From assembly GCA_016839785.1 (NCBI GenBank), contig JAEOTQ010000134.1:1-37262 (forward strand): a stretch of 37,262 bases of DNA, read 5' to 3'. Positions 8,735 through 18,319 of the stretch are shown in pieces. The translations under genes and the position numbers were made by a program. Source of the stretch: Candidatus Hodarchaeota archaeon. GTDB taxonomy: Archaea > Asgardarchaeota > Heimdallarchaeia > Hodarchaeales > Hodarchaeaceae. The stretch's first letter is position 1. Each line of letters starts with the position of its first letter. The notes beneath the pieces were generated by a model. It saw only the letters and a program-made list of their open reading frames with translations. It searched no databases and was not told the origin of the DNA.

Positions 8735-9751
8735 TTATTCATATGTGAATGCTCGAGCAACATCAAGAATACGATTCACATTTGGTAAGATATTATCTTC
8801 CAGATTACGATTGAATGGAATAGTGAAATCAGTACATACTCTACCAAATTGAAATTTTGAGTTAATTTCTTCGGCTACTATCGCAGCTATTTCACCTGAC
8901 AGTCCAAATCGTAAATAATCTTCATCTACCACGATTACACGATGAGTTTTTGATACTGAATTAATGATACAGGATGTATCAAGAGGAGAAACCCATCGTA
9001 GATCAATAATCTCTGTGGAAATATCTTCATTAGTAAGTATTGCAGCTGCTTCTATACATCTATGCACTGAAACCCCAAGACTAATCATAGTCAGATCAGA
9101 ACCTTCACGTAAAATTTTCGCTTCACCAATGGGTAATGGTTGCCATTTGTTAGGTACTTCGCCTTTTGCTCCTGCTTCAGGTATATCAAAGGTGACATTT
9201 TCTCGACCTCCCGTTCCCATGTAATCGAGCCAATAATCCGCTAGCAATTTATGTTCAAGATAAATAACTGGATGATCCGCCTCGATTGCTGAAAGCAATA
9301 AATTTCCTGCGTCCGCAGGATTCGAGGGAACTACAACATTTATTCCTGGAATATGAGCAAGCCATCCCCACAAAGACTGCTCGTGTTGCCCTCCATCTCC
9401 ATATCCACCTCCGCAGCTAGCTCTAACAACTAACGGAACACTCCACTTTCCTCCAGAAAAAGCATGCACTTTAGCAGCATGATTTAATAACGCGTCAGCT
9501 GCAACTCCAATAAAGTCAACAAGCATAATTTCGACGATAGGTCGAAGTCCAGCCATAGCCGCAGAAACACCTGCCCCAAGAAAAGCGCTTTCACTTATAG
9601 GTGTAGACTGAACTCGCTCTTTTCCAAATTGAGCTAAGAGATTCACCCGTAAAGTATGTAAATCTTCTCCTAGAAGAAATATGTCTGGATTTTCGCTCAT
9701 TGCTTGTTTCAAAGCACTTTCTATTGCCTCAGCAAATTCCATGGTTCTCAT
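8735..9751 (-). CDS. 2-oxoacid/acetoin dehydrogenase E1 beta subunit
   Basis: LLGED, TPISE, GLRPIVEIM, QHEQS, EIIDLR motifs. Start overlaps the alpha-subunit stop (ATGA). Confidence 0.92.
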   Translation of the reverse strand: MRTMEFAEAIESALKQAMSENPDIFLLGEDLHTLRVNLLAQFGKERVQSTPISESAFLGAGVSAAMAGLRPIVEIMLVDFIGVAADALLNHAAKVHAFSGGKWSVPLVVRASCGGGYGDGGQHEQSLWGWLAHIPGINVVVPSNPADAGNLLLSAIEADHPVIYLEHKLLADYWLDYMGTGGRENVTFDIPEAGAKGEVPNKWQPLPIGEAKILREGSDLTMISLGVSVHRCIEAAAILTNEDISTEIIDLRWVSPLDTSCIINSVSKTHRVIVVDEDYLRFGLSGEIAAIVAEEINSKFQFGRVCTDFTIPFNRNLEDNILPNVNRILDVARAFTYE

Positions 9752-10797
9752 AATACACCTTCCTCCTGAATGATTCCCATTATTCTTTCAACTAGTAGAT
9801 TGGTTTCAGATTGAATGGAAGACTTAATCTGGGTGAACTGATCTTCCAAATCTCTATTATCCTTCTCAAATCGTAATAGTGGATCTTTGGAATCGCTTAG
9901 TTGCATCCGAGATTTTGCAATCAGAGAAAGTACTTTTGTAACGCTTCTAATTCTCTTATCAATTCGACCACCTTTGTACTGAAGTACTGATTTCATTAAG
10001 GGTCCTGTAACCGCTCCAAATTCTTTTCTTGGGGCACGATGAAAGCGGAGTAAAGGATCCCCCAAAAAATGTCCTTCGTTATGAGTACAATTAGCTTGAA
10101 TGAAATAGGGTGATTTAGTACTTTTTCGCATCCTTGGAATGGCAGTTTCTACAGCTTGCCAGACAGTAGTAACATCTGATCCATCAATTTCACGTGCCTC
10201 AATTCCAAAACCCCGAACTCGATCTAGAAGTACCCCACCAGTGACTTCAGAAGATTGAGTGGTAATAGCCCAATTATTATCTTTGCATACAAACAGGACT
10301 GGTAAGCTCATTGCTGCTGCTAGATTTAATGACTCCAGAAGCATACCTTGATTCATACTTCCCTCTCCAAAAAACGCTACCGCAATATTATTCGTTTTTC
10401 TATATTTTGCAGCCAGTGCAAACCCCACTGCAGAAGGACCAGACGAACCGACAATTCCTGAGGATGTCAATAACAATTCCTGACTAAATAAGTGCATATG
10501 GCCTCCCATCCCTAAGCACAATCCCTTTGGATGCCCCAAAATTTCCAGTAATAGTGCTTCAAGATCAACACCTCTCATCACAAATGGTGGAGTACCTCTA
10601 TGGTCAGTAGCGATTGCATCTCCAGGAATTAGGTGTGATAGGACTCCCGCAATTATTGCTTCTTCCCCTATACCTAAGTGCATTTCACCATATATATGGC
10701 CATCATTCCAAAGACGAGTAATTGTTTCTTCCATGAAACGACTGCGATACATTAATTCATAAAGCTTTAACAGGGTCCTTTCTTTCATGAAAATCAC
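9748..10797 (-). CDS. 2-oxoacid/acetoin dehydrogenase E1 alpha subunit (TPP-dependent); likely start 10788
   Basis: HLGIGEEA, DHRG, GMGGHMH and TPP motif GEG...DNNWA. Confidence 0.92.
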   Translation of the reverse strand: MIFMKERTLLKLYELMYRSRFMEETITRLWNDGHIYGEMHLGIGEEAIIAGVLSHLIPGDAIATDHRGTPPFVMRGVDLEALLLEILGHPKGLCLGMGGHMHLFSQELLLTSSGIVGSSGPSAVGFALAAKYRKTNNIAVAFFGEGSMNQGMLLESLNLAAAMSLPVLFVCKDNNWAITTQSSEVTGGVLLDRVRGFGIEAREIDGSDVTTVWQAVETAIPRMRKSTKSPYFIQANCTHNEGHFLGDPLLRFHRAPRKEFGAVTGPLMKSVLQYKGGRIDKRIRSVTKVLSLIAKSRMQLSDSKDPLLRFEKDNRDLEDQFTQIKSSIQSETNLLVERIMGIIQEEGVL

Positions 10798-10842
10798 TTT
10801 CAGCTGATTCTCATAAAGGATTGAAATAGACTAAATAACTAT

Positions 10843-12759
10843 TCACAATAAGCTTAGTATGACCAAGGGAATTAAGACGGCACTAGCTCCTACACTAACT
10901 CCTGTTAAAACCGTCACGCCTTTATCTTTTACAACTTCTATGCCATATCTTCTATTGGCTAATACTCTTAGAATTCCTCCTAGTGTAATTGGAATGGCCA
11001 TATGAGGGGGAAAGAAAAAAGCAAGGACGAATCCTAAACCAAGATTAGCTCCACTAATCATACCAAAGAGACCTCCGATTACTAATTCCCCTAAATTTAT
11101 TACTGCGCCTATATCTCCAGAAGCAAACACTGATACAAGGGCAGCTTCGAATGGAAAAGTGGGTGCAGGAAATTCAGGTGTACCGATACCTATTGTAGAC
11201 CAAAGAATTAAAGCAAAGAAAGGTGTAGTCAATGCAGCAGCGATATAACCAACGAAAAATGTTTTAAGAACGTACCTATTGGAGGTTTTTGTTAATTGTG
11301 CTAGCTTATATGATTGTACTAAGGTTCTACCTTCTCTAATCTCTGGTACGGGAGTGGCTATGAATGGGGTGTAGCTGTTTCGAATTCCCACAAGATAAAT
11401 AGGTAGCAAGTCAAAGATAAATGGAGGTGATATCGATGCAGAGGATTTTGCAGAGCTTGAAATTGATAGGTAAAATGTTACTGCAGAACCAATTCCCATT
11501 ATCCAAAATATAACTAAGAAGGTTATAAGTAAGTTATCTCCAAGAATTTTAAATTGATAAACAAATCCTACACAAAGCAAAAACAAAACTCCATAAAGGA
11601 GAACAAAGTTCAAATTTCTTATTGTGAAAATAGTTCTCTTCACCTTTCTGTCAACTGGATGATTGGAATGAGATTTAATTAATGTATTACTTTCCTCCTT
11701 ATCTTCAATGGAAGAATCAGTCGGATTTTCATTAGTTTTTCCATTTTGTGAATCATTTTTAGACTTAGAATTACCATTCATCAGTTTAGGAAATATTTTC
11801 TTTAGTACGAAGAAAAAGATTCCCGATAGAATAAGTGCTCCAAGGAGAAATCCGATGGTAAATGATAGGTATACATCCTCCAATCCTGAAACAAAAAAAG
11901 AATAGAATTCTGTTCCTTTTGGGTATTTATCTAATAAGAACGGTCCCAACACAGGCCCATATATACAAATAGAGGCAATCCCTGCAGAAAATGTCATTTT
12001 AGGACGATCAATAATAAATCCTACTGAAAATAAGGCTACACCAATGATACCTAATGAAAGGCCTAATATCCACCCATTTTGAGGTTGAGAGATATCAATG
12101 TAGCTTAAGCCCAGAATTAGTGTTACCGCACTGAAAACAAACCCGATGAAGGCAGATTTAATAAATAGAGGTAGTTTTTCGCTTTGCTCTGTTAAAACAT
12201 TGATCACTTCGGTCTGTATTATTTGGTCTGGAAAAGGATACTCTTCATCATCATTAATGAATTTATTTTTTAGGAATAATCCAAGAAGAATTCCCATGAC
12301 ACCTGGAACAAGCATTAAAAACCAATGAACTAAGATAGGTTGTATCCACGTCTCACTAAATACGATTGTGTTGTTAATTATATCTTCACCAGGTAATAAC
12401 CAAGAAGGCCGATCAAATCCAAAATCTGCAATTCCATCAGCATTCAGGGATAACCAGATCAAAAAGAGTAACGTACGACTGGCTTCTGCAGAAAGACTTG
12501 CACCAAAAGCAATAGCGATCAGAGTTAGATTAGAACGTTTATCAATTCCCTTTTTACTAAGAATAAACTTGCCAAGAAGAAGAGCAAAGACTCCACCCAA
12601 TCCAATTGATATAAACCCCATCGAGATGGACAAATATAAATTAATAAAATTGAAAAATAGTCCAAAAGGAACAGCAATTAGTAAAACCCATTTCAAGTCA
12701 ATACTTTGATCAGCTTGAACTTCATTTTGATTTTCCTTGACTTTCTCCAAATTATTCAT
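10843..12759 (-). CDS. OPT/YSL-family oligopeptide transporter
   Basis: Many TM segments, YPFP loop and FPAP motif typical of the OPT superfamily. Confidence 0.75.
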   Translation of the reverse strand: MNNLEKVKENQNEVQADQSIDLKWVLLIAVPFGLFFNFINLYLSISMGFISIGLGGVFALLLGKFILSKKGIDKRSNLTLIAIAFGASLSAEASRTLLFLIWLSLNADGIADFGFDRPSWLLPGEDIINNTIVFSETWIQPILVHWFLMLVPGVMGILLGLFLKNKFINDDEEYPFPDQIIQTEVINVLTEQSEKLPLFIKSAFIGFVFSAVTLILGLSYIDISQPQNGWILGLSLGIIGVALFSVGFIIDRPKMTFSAGIASICIYGPVLGPFLLDKYPKGTEFYSFFVSGLEDVYLSFTIGFLLGALILSGIFFFVLKKIFPKLMNGNSKSKNDSQNGKTNENPTDSSIEDKEESNTLIKSHSNHPVDRKVKRTIFTIRNLNFVLLYGVLFLLCVGFVYQFKILGDNLLITFLVIFWIMGIGSAVTFYLSISSSAKSSASISPPFIFDLLPIYLVGIRNSYTPFIATPVPEIREGRTLVQSYKLAQLTKTSNRYVLKTFFVGYIAAALTTPFFALILWSTIGIGTPEFPAPTFPFEAALVSVFASGDIGAVINLGELVIGGLFGMISGANLGLGFVLAFFFPPHMAIPITLGGILRVLANRRYGIEVVKDKGVTVLTGVSVGASAVLIPLVILSLL

Positions 12760-12895
12760 GATTAAAAGTGATTTTCATCCCTATTTAAATAGGAAATGAA
12801 ACTGGTAATAACTTACATTTTCATATATGGGAGCGAACTATGTTACAGTAGTTTTACTTGAGAAACCTCTTGAATTCTCTCTTTTAACGCTTAGC

Positions 12896-13240
12896 TCAAC
12901 CATGTGTAAAGTATATGATTGCAGTGTGACCTTTTCCTGTAACATTCAAATTTCGAGTAATCTGAGGAATATGCCGTGGATCTTCCATTGACAAGATTCT
13001 TTTCGTCATAATAATATATCCTAAACTAAGAAAAAGAAGCATTCCGAGCATAGATCCTCCCAAAAGGAAAAAATCAACTGTGATGTTTGGAAGAAACAAT
13101 CCAACTAATGAGAAAAAGTCAATCCAAACTAATTACAGATAAAAGTTAATTTTCAACGGGTTTATTGTCAAAAATTTTACAATGAGTACTCCTAGAATGA
13201 ATGATAAAGTTAACAATACACCAATTATGGCGAAATTCAT
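12896..13240 (-). pseudogene. Truncated membrane-protein gene with in-frame stop
   Basis: ATG 13240 gives MNFAIIGVLLTLSFILGVLIVKFLTINPLKINFYL, then TAA (13133-13135), then LVWIDFFSLVGLFLPNITV... in the same frame as ORF 12896..13099, which ends abruptly at GHTAIIYFTHG*. Confidence 0.6.
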
Positions 13241-13377
13241 ATTATTCACATTTATGAGTAAATTTTATGGTAAACGGCTATAAAATTTGGGTAATCGAGG
13301 ATTTGATTGAAAACACGGAATAAATATCGACCATACATCTATACTCTTTTAGATATCGTAGGTAAAATATCATCAAC

Positions 13378-13986
13378 TTGTTCGTAGTAAATGTTCTTAA
13401 CAATGTCTGGATGATTATGTCAATGAATGATACTAAATCAATAGCTACTCTTGGTGGAGGATGTTTTTGGTGTCTAGAAGCTGTTTTTTCTGATATTCAA
13501 GGAGTTCTTTCTGTGGAATCTGGTTATTCAGGTGGTACTATCGTAAATCCCTCATATGAACAGGTATGTTCAGGAAAATCTGGACATGCAGAGGTGGTGC
13601 AAATTAAATTCGATTCAAGTATTATTTCCTTTGACGAAATATTAGAAATCTTTTTTGCAATACATGATCCAACCCAGCTTAACAGACAAGGAAATGATAT
13701 CGGTTCACAATATAGATCAGTTATTTTCTATCATTCAGAAGAACAAAGTGAAAGTGCTGCTTATGCAATCAAAGTTTTAGAACAGAAAAAAATTTGGAAC
13801 AATCCGATTGTAACAGAAGTGTCTCCACTTGAAAAATACTATCCAGCTGAGGATTACCATCAAAATTACTACAATAACAATCCGACCCAATCCTATTGCT
13901 CTTTTGTTATTTCACCAAAAATATCAAAGATTCGAACGAAATTCAATCACAAATTGAAACCTACCCTTAGAGGAAGAAACGCCTAG
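13378..13986 (+). CDS. msrA: Peptide-methionine (S)-S-oxide reductase; likely start 13417 or 13423
   Basis: [35 protein letters not shown]. Confidence 0.97.
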   Translation: MFVVNVLNNVWMIMSMNDTKSIATLGGGCFWCLEAVFSDIQGVLSVESGYSGGTIVNPSYEQVCSGKSGHAEVVQIKFDSSIISFDEILEIFFAIHDPTQLNRQGNDIGSQYRSVIFYHSEEQSESAAYAIKVLEQKKIWNNPIVTEVSPLEKYYPAEDYHQNYYNNNPTQSYCSFVISPKISKIRTKFNHKLKPTLRGRNA

Positions 13987-13990
13987 AAAT

Positions 13991-14821
13991 TTGAGGAGAT
14001 TCGTGATGAAAGAGTATATCGATGTAAATAGAAAACGATGGGATGAGCTAGCCGACGTTCATTTTAATGGTGAGTTTTACAATGTAAAGAAATTTCGGGA
14101 AGGGGGCATTGCTATTAGTGATCTCGAGGTAAAAGAAGTTGGAGATGTAACAAATAAGAAATTATTACACCTGCAATGTCATTTTGGAAAGGATACACTA
14201 TCTTGGGCAAGATTAGGAGCCCAAGTAACAGGAGTCGATTTTTCTTCCCGAGCAGTGTCTTTGGCCAGACAGCTTAGTAAAGAGATTGGGATAGAGGCAA
14301 CGTTCCTACAATCAGAAATTGGGAAATTAGATAAGACTAACTTACCTTCAAATTCATTTGATATTGTTTTCACAAGTCACGGGGCAATATATTGGCTTCC
14401 AGAATTGAAAAAATGGGCTGAAATGATAGCTTATTATCTAAAGCCTGGAGGATTCTTTTACATTGCCGAAGGTCATCCAATGGCACTGATTTTTGACGAT
14501 GAGAATGAAACAGATTTCAGAGTTCGGTATCCTTATTTTCATCAAGATAATCCATTAGATTTCGATTATGATTCCTCATATGCTAGTGGAGACGTAAAAA
14601 TAAAAAATACAAAGGAATATGGGTGGATTCATGATCTCGGATATATTGTTAATAACTTAATTGATGCAGGATTACAGATTGATTTCCTTCATGAATATCC
14701 ATTTGTTTCATGGGAAATGTTTCCCTTTCTTAAAGAAAAAGAAGGGTGGTGGCATCTTCCTGAAGAGTACCAAAAGATACCATTAATGTTCACACTTAAA
14801 GCGACGAAAAAAGGACTTTAA
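13991..14821 (+). CDS. Class I SAM-dependent methyltransferase; likely start 14006
   Basis: LLHLQCHFGKDTLS, GVDFS, FDIVFTS, LKPGG. Confidence 0.92.
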   Translation: MRRFVMKEYIDVNRKRWDELADVHFNGEFYNVKKFREGGIAISDLEVKEVGDVTNKKLLHLQCHFGKDTLSWARLGAQVTGVDFSSRAVSLARQLSKEIGIEATFLQSEIGKLDKTNLPSNSFDIVFTSHGAIYWLPELKKWAEMIAYYLKPGGFFYIAEGHPMALIFDDENETDFRVRYPYFHQDNPLDFDYDSSYASGDVKIKNTKEYGWIHDLGYIVNNLIDAGLQIDFLHEYPFVSWEMFPFLKEKEGWWHLPEEYQKIPLMFTLKATKKGL

Positions 14822-14912
14822 ATAAGATTATATAAGAAGAATCCTTTAAACAGTCTAATCGTCTAATAATTTTACATGTTTGGATATTTACTAGAATGGT
14901 GAGAATGAATTA

Positions 14913-16265
14913 ATGAATCGTATCTTTTTGATTTTCCTCTGTATTTGTACAATTACTATTTTCAATCTTCCTAACACCTCTTTTATTAGTACGACAAGTT
15001 TTAAAGTACAATCCAAATCATTTACGTCGGATATTCAGGTTCATGATCCTATTCATATAACAGATGACGAAGATCTTATGACTAAAGCTCAATCTGAGAA
15101 TTGGGATTTAAATGGTACTCGTGATGGGTCATCTAACAAGCCTTTTGTAATTTCGAATTTAACAATTTCCTTGGTTGATACGAAACTAATCTGGATTGAA
15201 GGAACATCTCTTCACATAACTATCGAGAAAAATAAATTATCTGGTGGAGGATCAGGAATAGCTCTTTGGAATTCAGATAATATAATAATATCTATGAATC
15301 ATATTTTTGATAACTCTTATTCAGGAATTGATCTGCAAGGTACAAATACTACAATATCAAACAATGTTATTGAAGGGAATAGTGTTGGAATAGGAATGTT
15401 CGGACGCGGGAACGCACTAATTGCTGAGAATGAAATAGTTAGAAATTCTTGGAAAGGAATAGGAATCGAAGATTTTGAACAGGTAAAGATTATAAAAAAT
15501 CAAATCTATGAGAATGGAGAGGGTTTGGAATTTTTAATGTACACTCGTAGCACAGTAGTACATGATAATAATATTCATGACAATACTCAATGTGGAATAT
15601 TTCTTGGGGATAATTTCCTCGTAAATATTACCAATAACAGAATTCATCACAATGCAAGAAATGGTATTCAATATGAGTTTGCGTTTGGTAACTCTAATAT
15701 TTCTGATAATCAGATTTTCGACAATGGGATAAGTGGGATAGAGATTATTTGGGCAAGTAATTTTCAGATCGAATCCAATGAAATCTTTAATCATAGTCAA
15801 CATGGTGTAGCAGTACTCGAAGATTGTCATAACTTAACGATCAGATGGAATAATATTTCACACTCTGTGAATTATGGGTTAACATTCACTACTTCGACCT
15901 CTGATAATATTATAACCTCTAATAATTTTGTTAATAATTCTATTCTTCAAACATCTCAAGCATACGATTCTGGTGCTAGAAACAGATTTATCAAGAACTA
16001 TTGGAATGATTGGGCTTCCCCTGATAATGATAGTAACAATTTTGTTGATATTCCATATAAAATTGATGGGGATTCTGGAAGTAATGATCTATTCCCGTTA
16101 TCTAATCCTTTTCCTTATATTCAACCCTCAAATAGTACACAAAATAATTCTACAACACTTGAGGTCGCCAATGAAACTTATGAACTTATAACAAAAGGAT
16201 TTTTATTGCCAAACTTCTTTCTGATAGTATTTATCATTTATATAAGTAGGAAGAAGATAACTTAA
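14913..16265 (+). CDS. Secreted right-handed beta-helix (NosD/CASH) surface protein with C-terminal anchor
   Basis: Signal peptide, repeated 'I..N.I..N...GI' units, NYWND and PYKIDG motifs, KGF-hydrophobic-RKK tail. Confidence 0.88.
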   Translation: MNRIFLIFLCICTITIFNLPNTSFISTTSFKVQSKSFTSDIQVHDPIHITDDEDLMTKAQSENWDLNGTRDGSSNKPFVISNLTISLVDTKLIWIEGTSLHITIEKNKLSGGGSGIALWNSDNIIISMNHIFDNSYSGIDLQGTNTTISNNVIEGNSVGIGMFGRGNALIAENEIVRNSWKGIGIEDFEQVKIIKNQIYENGEGLEFLMYTRSTVVHDNNIHDNTQCGIFLGDNFLVNITNNRIHHNARNGIQYEFAFGNSNISDNQIFDNGISGIEIIWASNFQIESNEIFNHSQHGVAVLEDCHNLTIRWNNISHSVNYGLTFTTSTSDNIITSNNFVNNSILQTSQAYDSGARNRFIKNYWNDWASPDNDSNNFVDIPYKIDGDSGSNDLFPLSNPFPYIQPSNSTQNNSTTLEVANETYELITKGFLLPNFFLIVFIIYISRKKIT

Positions 16266-16303
16266 TAATTCCTGACCAATACTCAATTCTGGGTTCGACA
16301 ATC

Positions 16304-16699
16304 TTACTCACCTTTAAACTTCAGAGCGGTTGAATTGATACAATAACGTAATCCGCCTCTCTCCTTTGGACCGTCATTAAAAACATGACCAAGGTGGCCC
16401 CCACAGTTTTTGCACAAGACCTCAGTTCTTTCCATACCATGACTTTTGTCGCGTTTTTCATCAATTACATCCTCTATAGGATTTGAAAAGCTTGGCCAAC
16501 CGCAATTAGATTCAAATTTTGCATCAGAAGCGAATAAAATCGTATCACAGCCTGCACATTGGTATTGACCATCTTCAAAAAGATTCCAATATTGTCCACT
16601 AAAAGCTCTCTCAGTACCCTTCTCTCTTAAAATGTGGAATTGTTCAAGGGATAAAATCTCTCGCCATTTCTTCTTGGAATAATCTATTGTATCTTTCAA
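16304..16699 (-). CDS. msrB: Peptide-methionine (R)-S-oxide reductase
   Basis: GTERAF, CAGC, GWPSF, CKNC, HLGHVF, RYCINS. Confidence 0.97.
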   Translation of the reverse strand: MKDTIDYSKKKWREILSLEQFHILREKGTERAFSGQYWNLFEDGQYQCAGCDTILFASDAKFESNCGWPSFSNPIEDVIDEKRDKSHGMERTEVLCKNCGGHLGHVFNDGPKERGGLRYCINSTALKFKGE

Positions 16700-16717
16700 A
16701 AAAAACCCATTTACACT

Positions 16718-17230
16718 TCAAACTTCTAATTCAATGATATATTCTAAAATATCTTTGATATTCAGCACTCGTAAAGGTTCTCCTTCGATAATCGCATAAG
16801 TATACCCCCCTACTTCCATCATGTGAAGAGCTTCTGCTACACAGTCACTTGATTGTAATATCTCAGGATCTTTTAACATTGCTTCAGTGATAGGTCTATC
16901 AACATTGATGGGTGAATCCCCACATACTCGTTTAAGTAATGACCTTTCAGTGAAGATTCCTTTAATTATATCATCTTCCATAATAACTACTGCACATTTC
17001 TGATTTTTTATCATTACATCAATTACATCTCGGATCATCATTTCAGGAGGAACCATAATTGCAATTGATTTTTCCTTACATATTTGATCAAGTGCGTCTT
17101 GCATAATTGCTTCTTCTATTTTAGATTCCGTAACTGGGGTAGGTTCTTCGAAGAAAGTCAAGTCAGTTGTACAATTTTCACAGACCGCCGCACCAGGTAA
17201 GTTTTTAAATCCACAGGCTGGACATTTCAT
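16718..17230 (-). CDS. Zinc-ribbon plus CBS-pair protein
   Basis: CPACG...CENC at the N-terminus, GIFTERS CBS motif. Confidence 0.88.
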   Translation of the reverse strand: MKCPACGFKNLPGAAVCENCTTDLTFFEEPTPVTESKIEEAIMQDALDQICKEKSIAIMVPPEMMIRDVIDVMIKNQKCAVVIMEDDIIKGIFTERSLLKRVCGDSPINVDRPITEAMLKDPEILQSSDCVAEALHMMEVGGYTYAIIEGEPLRVLNIKDILEYIIELEV

Positions 17231-17287
17231 CTTAGTTTCTTCCTTTTCTGCTTATATTTTTGGTAACACTGCTTATCTTAAAATTTG

Positions 17288-18319
17288 TCAAGTAACTGTC
17301 CAATTTTCATCTCCATTAACAATTTCCTGCAATGGTTTTGTGACAGTATTTTTTGCCTCTTCCATTTGGGCATCAAGTAGGTCATTATACGTTGGTTTCT
17401 GAATAGCTCTGAATATCCCAATCGGTTCAGGAAATTCAGGGTAGCGCATTCGTGATAAAAAGAATGCAAGAGTTGACTCTTGTGCATTTTCATCATGATG
17501 TAATAGATCGGATTCATCAAACCCAGCTTGTTTAAAATTAATAACTTTTGGAGTAAGTCCGTGAAGAAAGATTCCTTTCTCTTGATCACGTCCGAATTTC
17601 ATAGGTTTTCCATGTTCCAATTCAAAAACGTTATCATAACGCATTTCTTTATCAGTTGCATAACGAAAAGCTCCATCATTGAATATTACACAATTCTGAT
17701 AAATTTCAACAAAACTCACTCCTTTGTGTTCGGCTGCTCGACGGAGGACTTCTTGCATATGATCGGGATATTGAAATATTGTTCGTGCTATGAATGTTGC
17801 TTCTGCTCCTAATGCCCAAGAAATTGGATTTACAGGATAATCTATTGATCCTGTTGGTGATGACTTCGTCCGTTTAGATTGTTTAGTAGTAGGGGAGTAT
17901 TGACCTTTGGTGAGACCATAAATCTGATTATTAAACAGAAGAATCTTGATATCCACATTTCTCCTTATGGCATGCATTAAGTGATTCCCTCCAATGGATA
18001 ACCCATCACCATCACCCGTCACTACCCATACTGATAGATCAGGTCTACTACATTTAAGTCCTGTAGCAATCGTTGGGGCTCTACCATGAATCGTGTGCAT
18101 ACCATACGTGTCCATATAGTAGGGAAACCGACTACTACATCCAATACCACTAATTACTACAAAATCTTCTTTGGGTATACCAAGTGTGGGAAGGACTCGT
18201 TTGAGGTTCGCTAAAATGGCATAATCCCCACAACCAGGGCACCATCGTACATCAAAACCAGAGTCGAAATCTTTCGGAGATAAAACAGGTGAGGGAAGAG
18301 GATTCTCTCTTTCAGTCAT
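17288..18319 (-). CDS. korB: 2-oxoacid:ferredoxin oxidoreductase beta subunit
   Basis: WCPGCGD, SGIGCSS, IHGRA, GDGDGLSIGGNH, YGLTKGQYSPT. ATG 18319 overlaps the alpha-subunit stop and follows GGAGG. Confidence 0.95.
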   Translation of the reverse strand: MTERENPLPSPVLSPKDFDSGFDVRWCPGCGDYAILANLKRVLPTLGIPKEDFVVISGIGCSSRFPYYMDTYGMHTIHGRAPTIATGLKCSRPDLSVWVVTGDGDGLSIGGNHLMHAIRRNVDIKILLFNNQIYGLTKGQYSPTTKQSKRTKSSPTGSIDYPVNPISWALGAEATFIARTIFQYPDHMQEVLRRAAEHKGVSFVEIYQNCVIFNDGAFRYATDKEMRYDNVFELEHGKPMKFGRDQEKGIFLHGLTPKVINFKQAGFDESDLLHHDENAQESTLAFFLSRMRYPEFPEPIGIFRAIQKPTYNDLLDAQMEEAKNTVTKPLQEIVNGDENWTVT

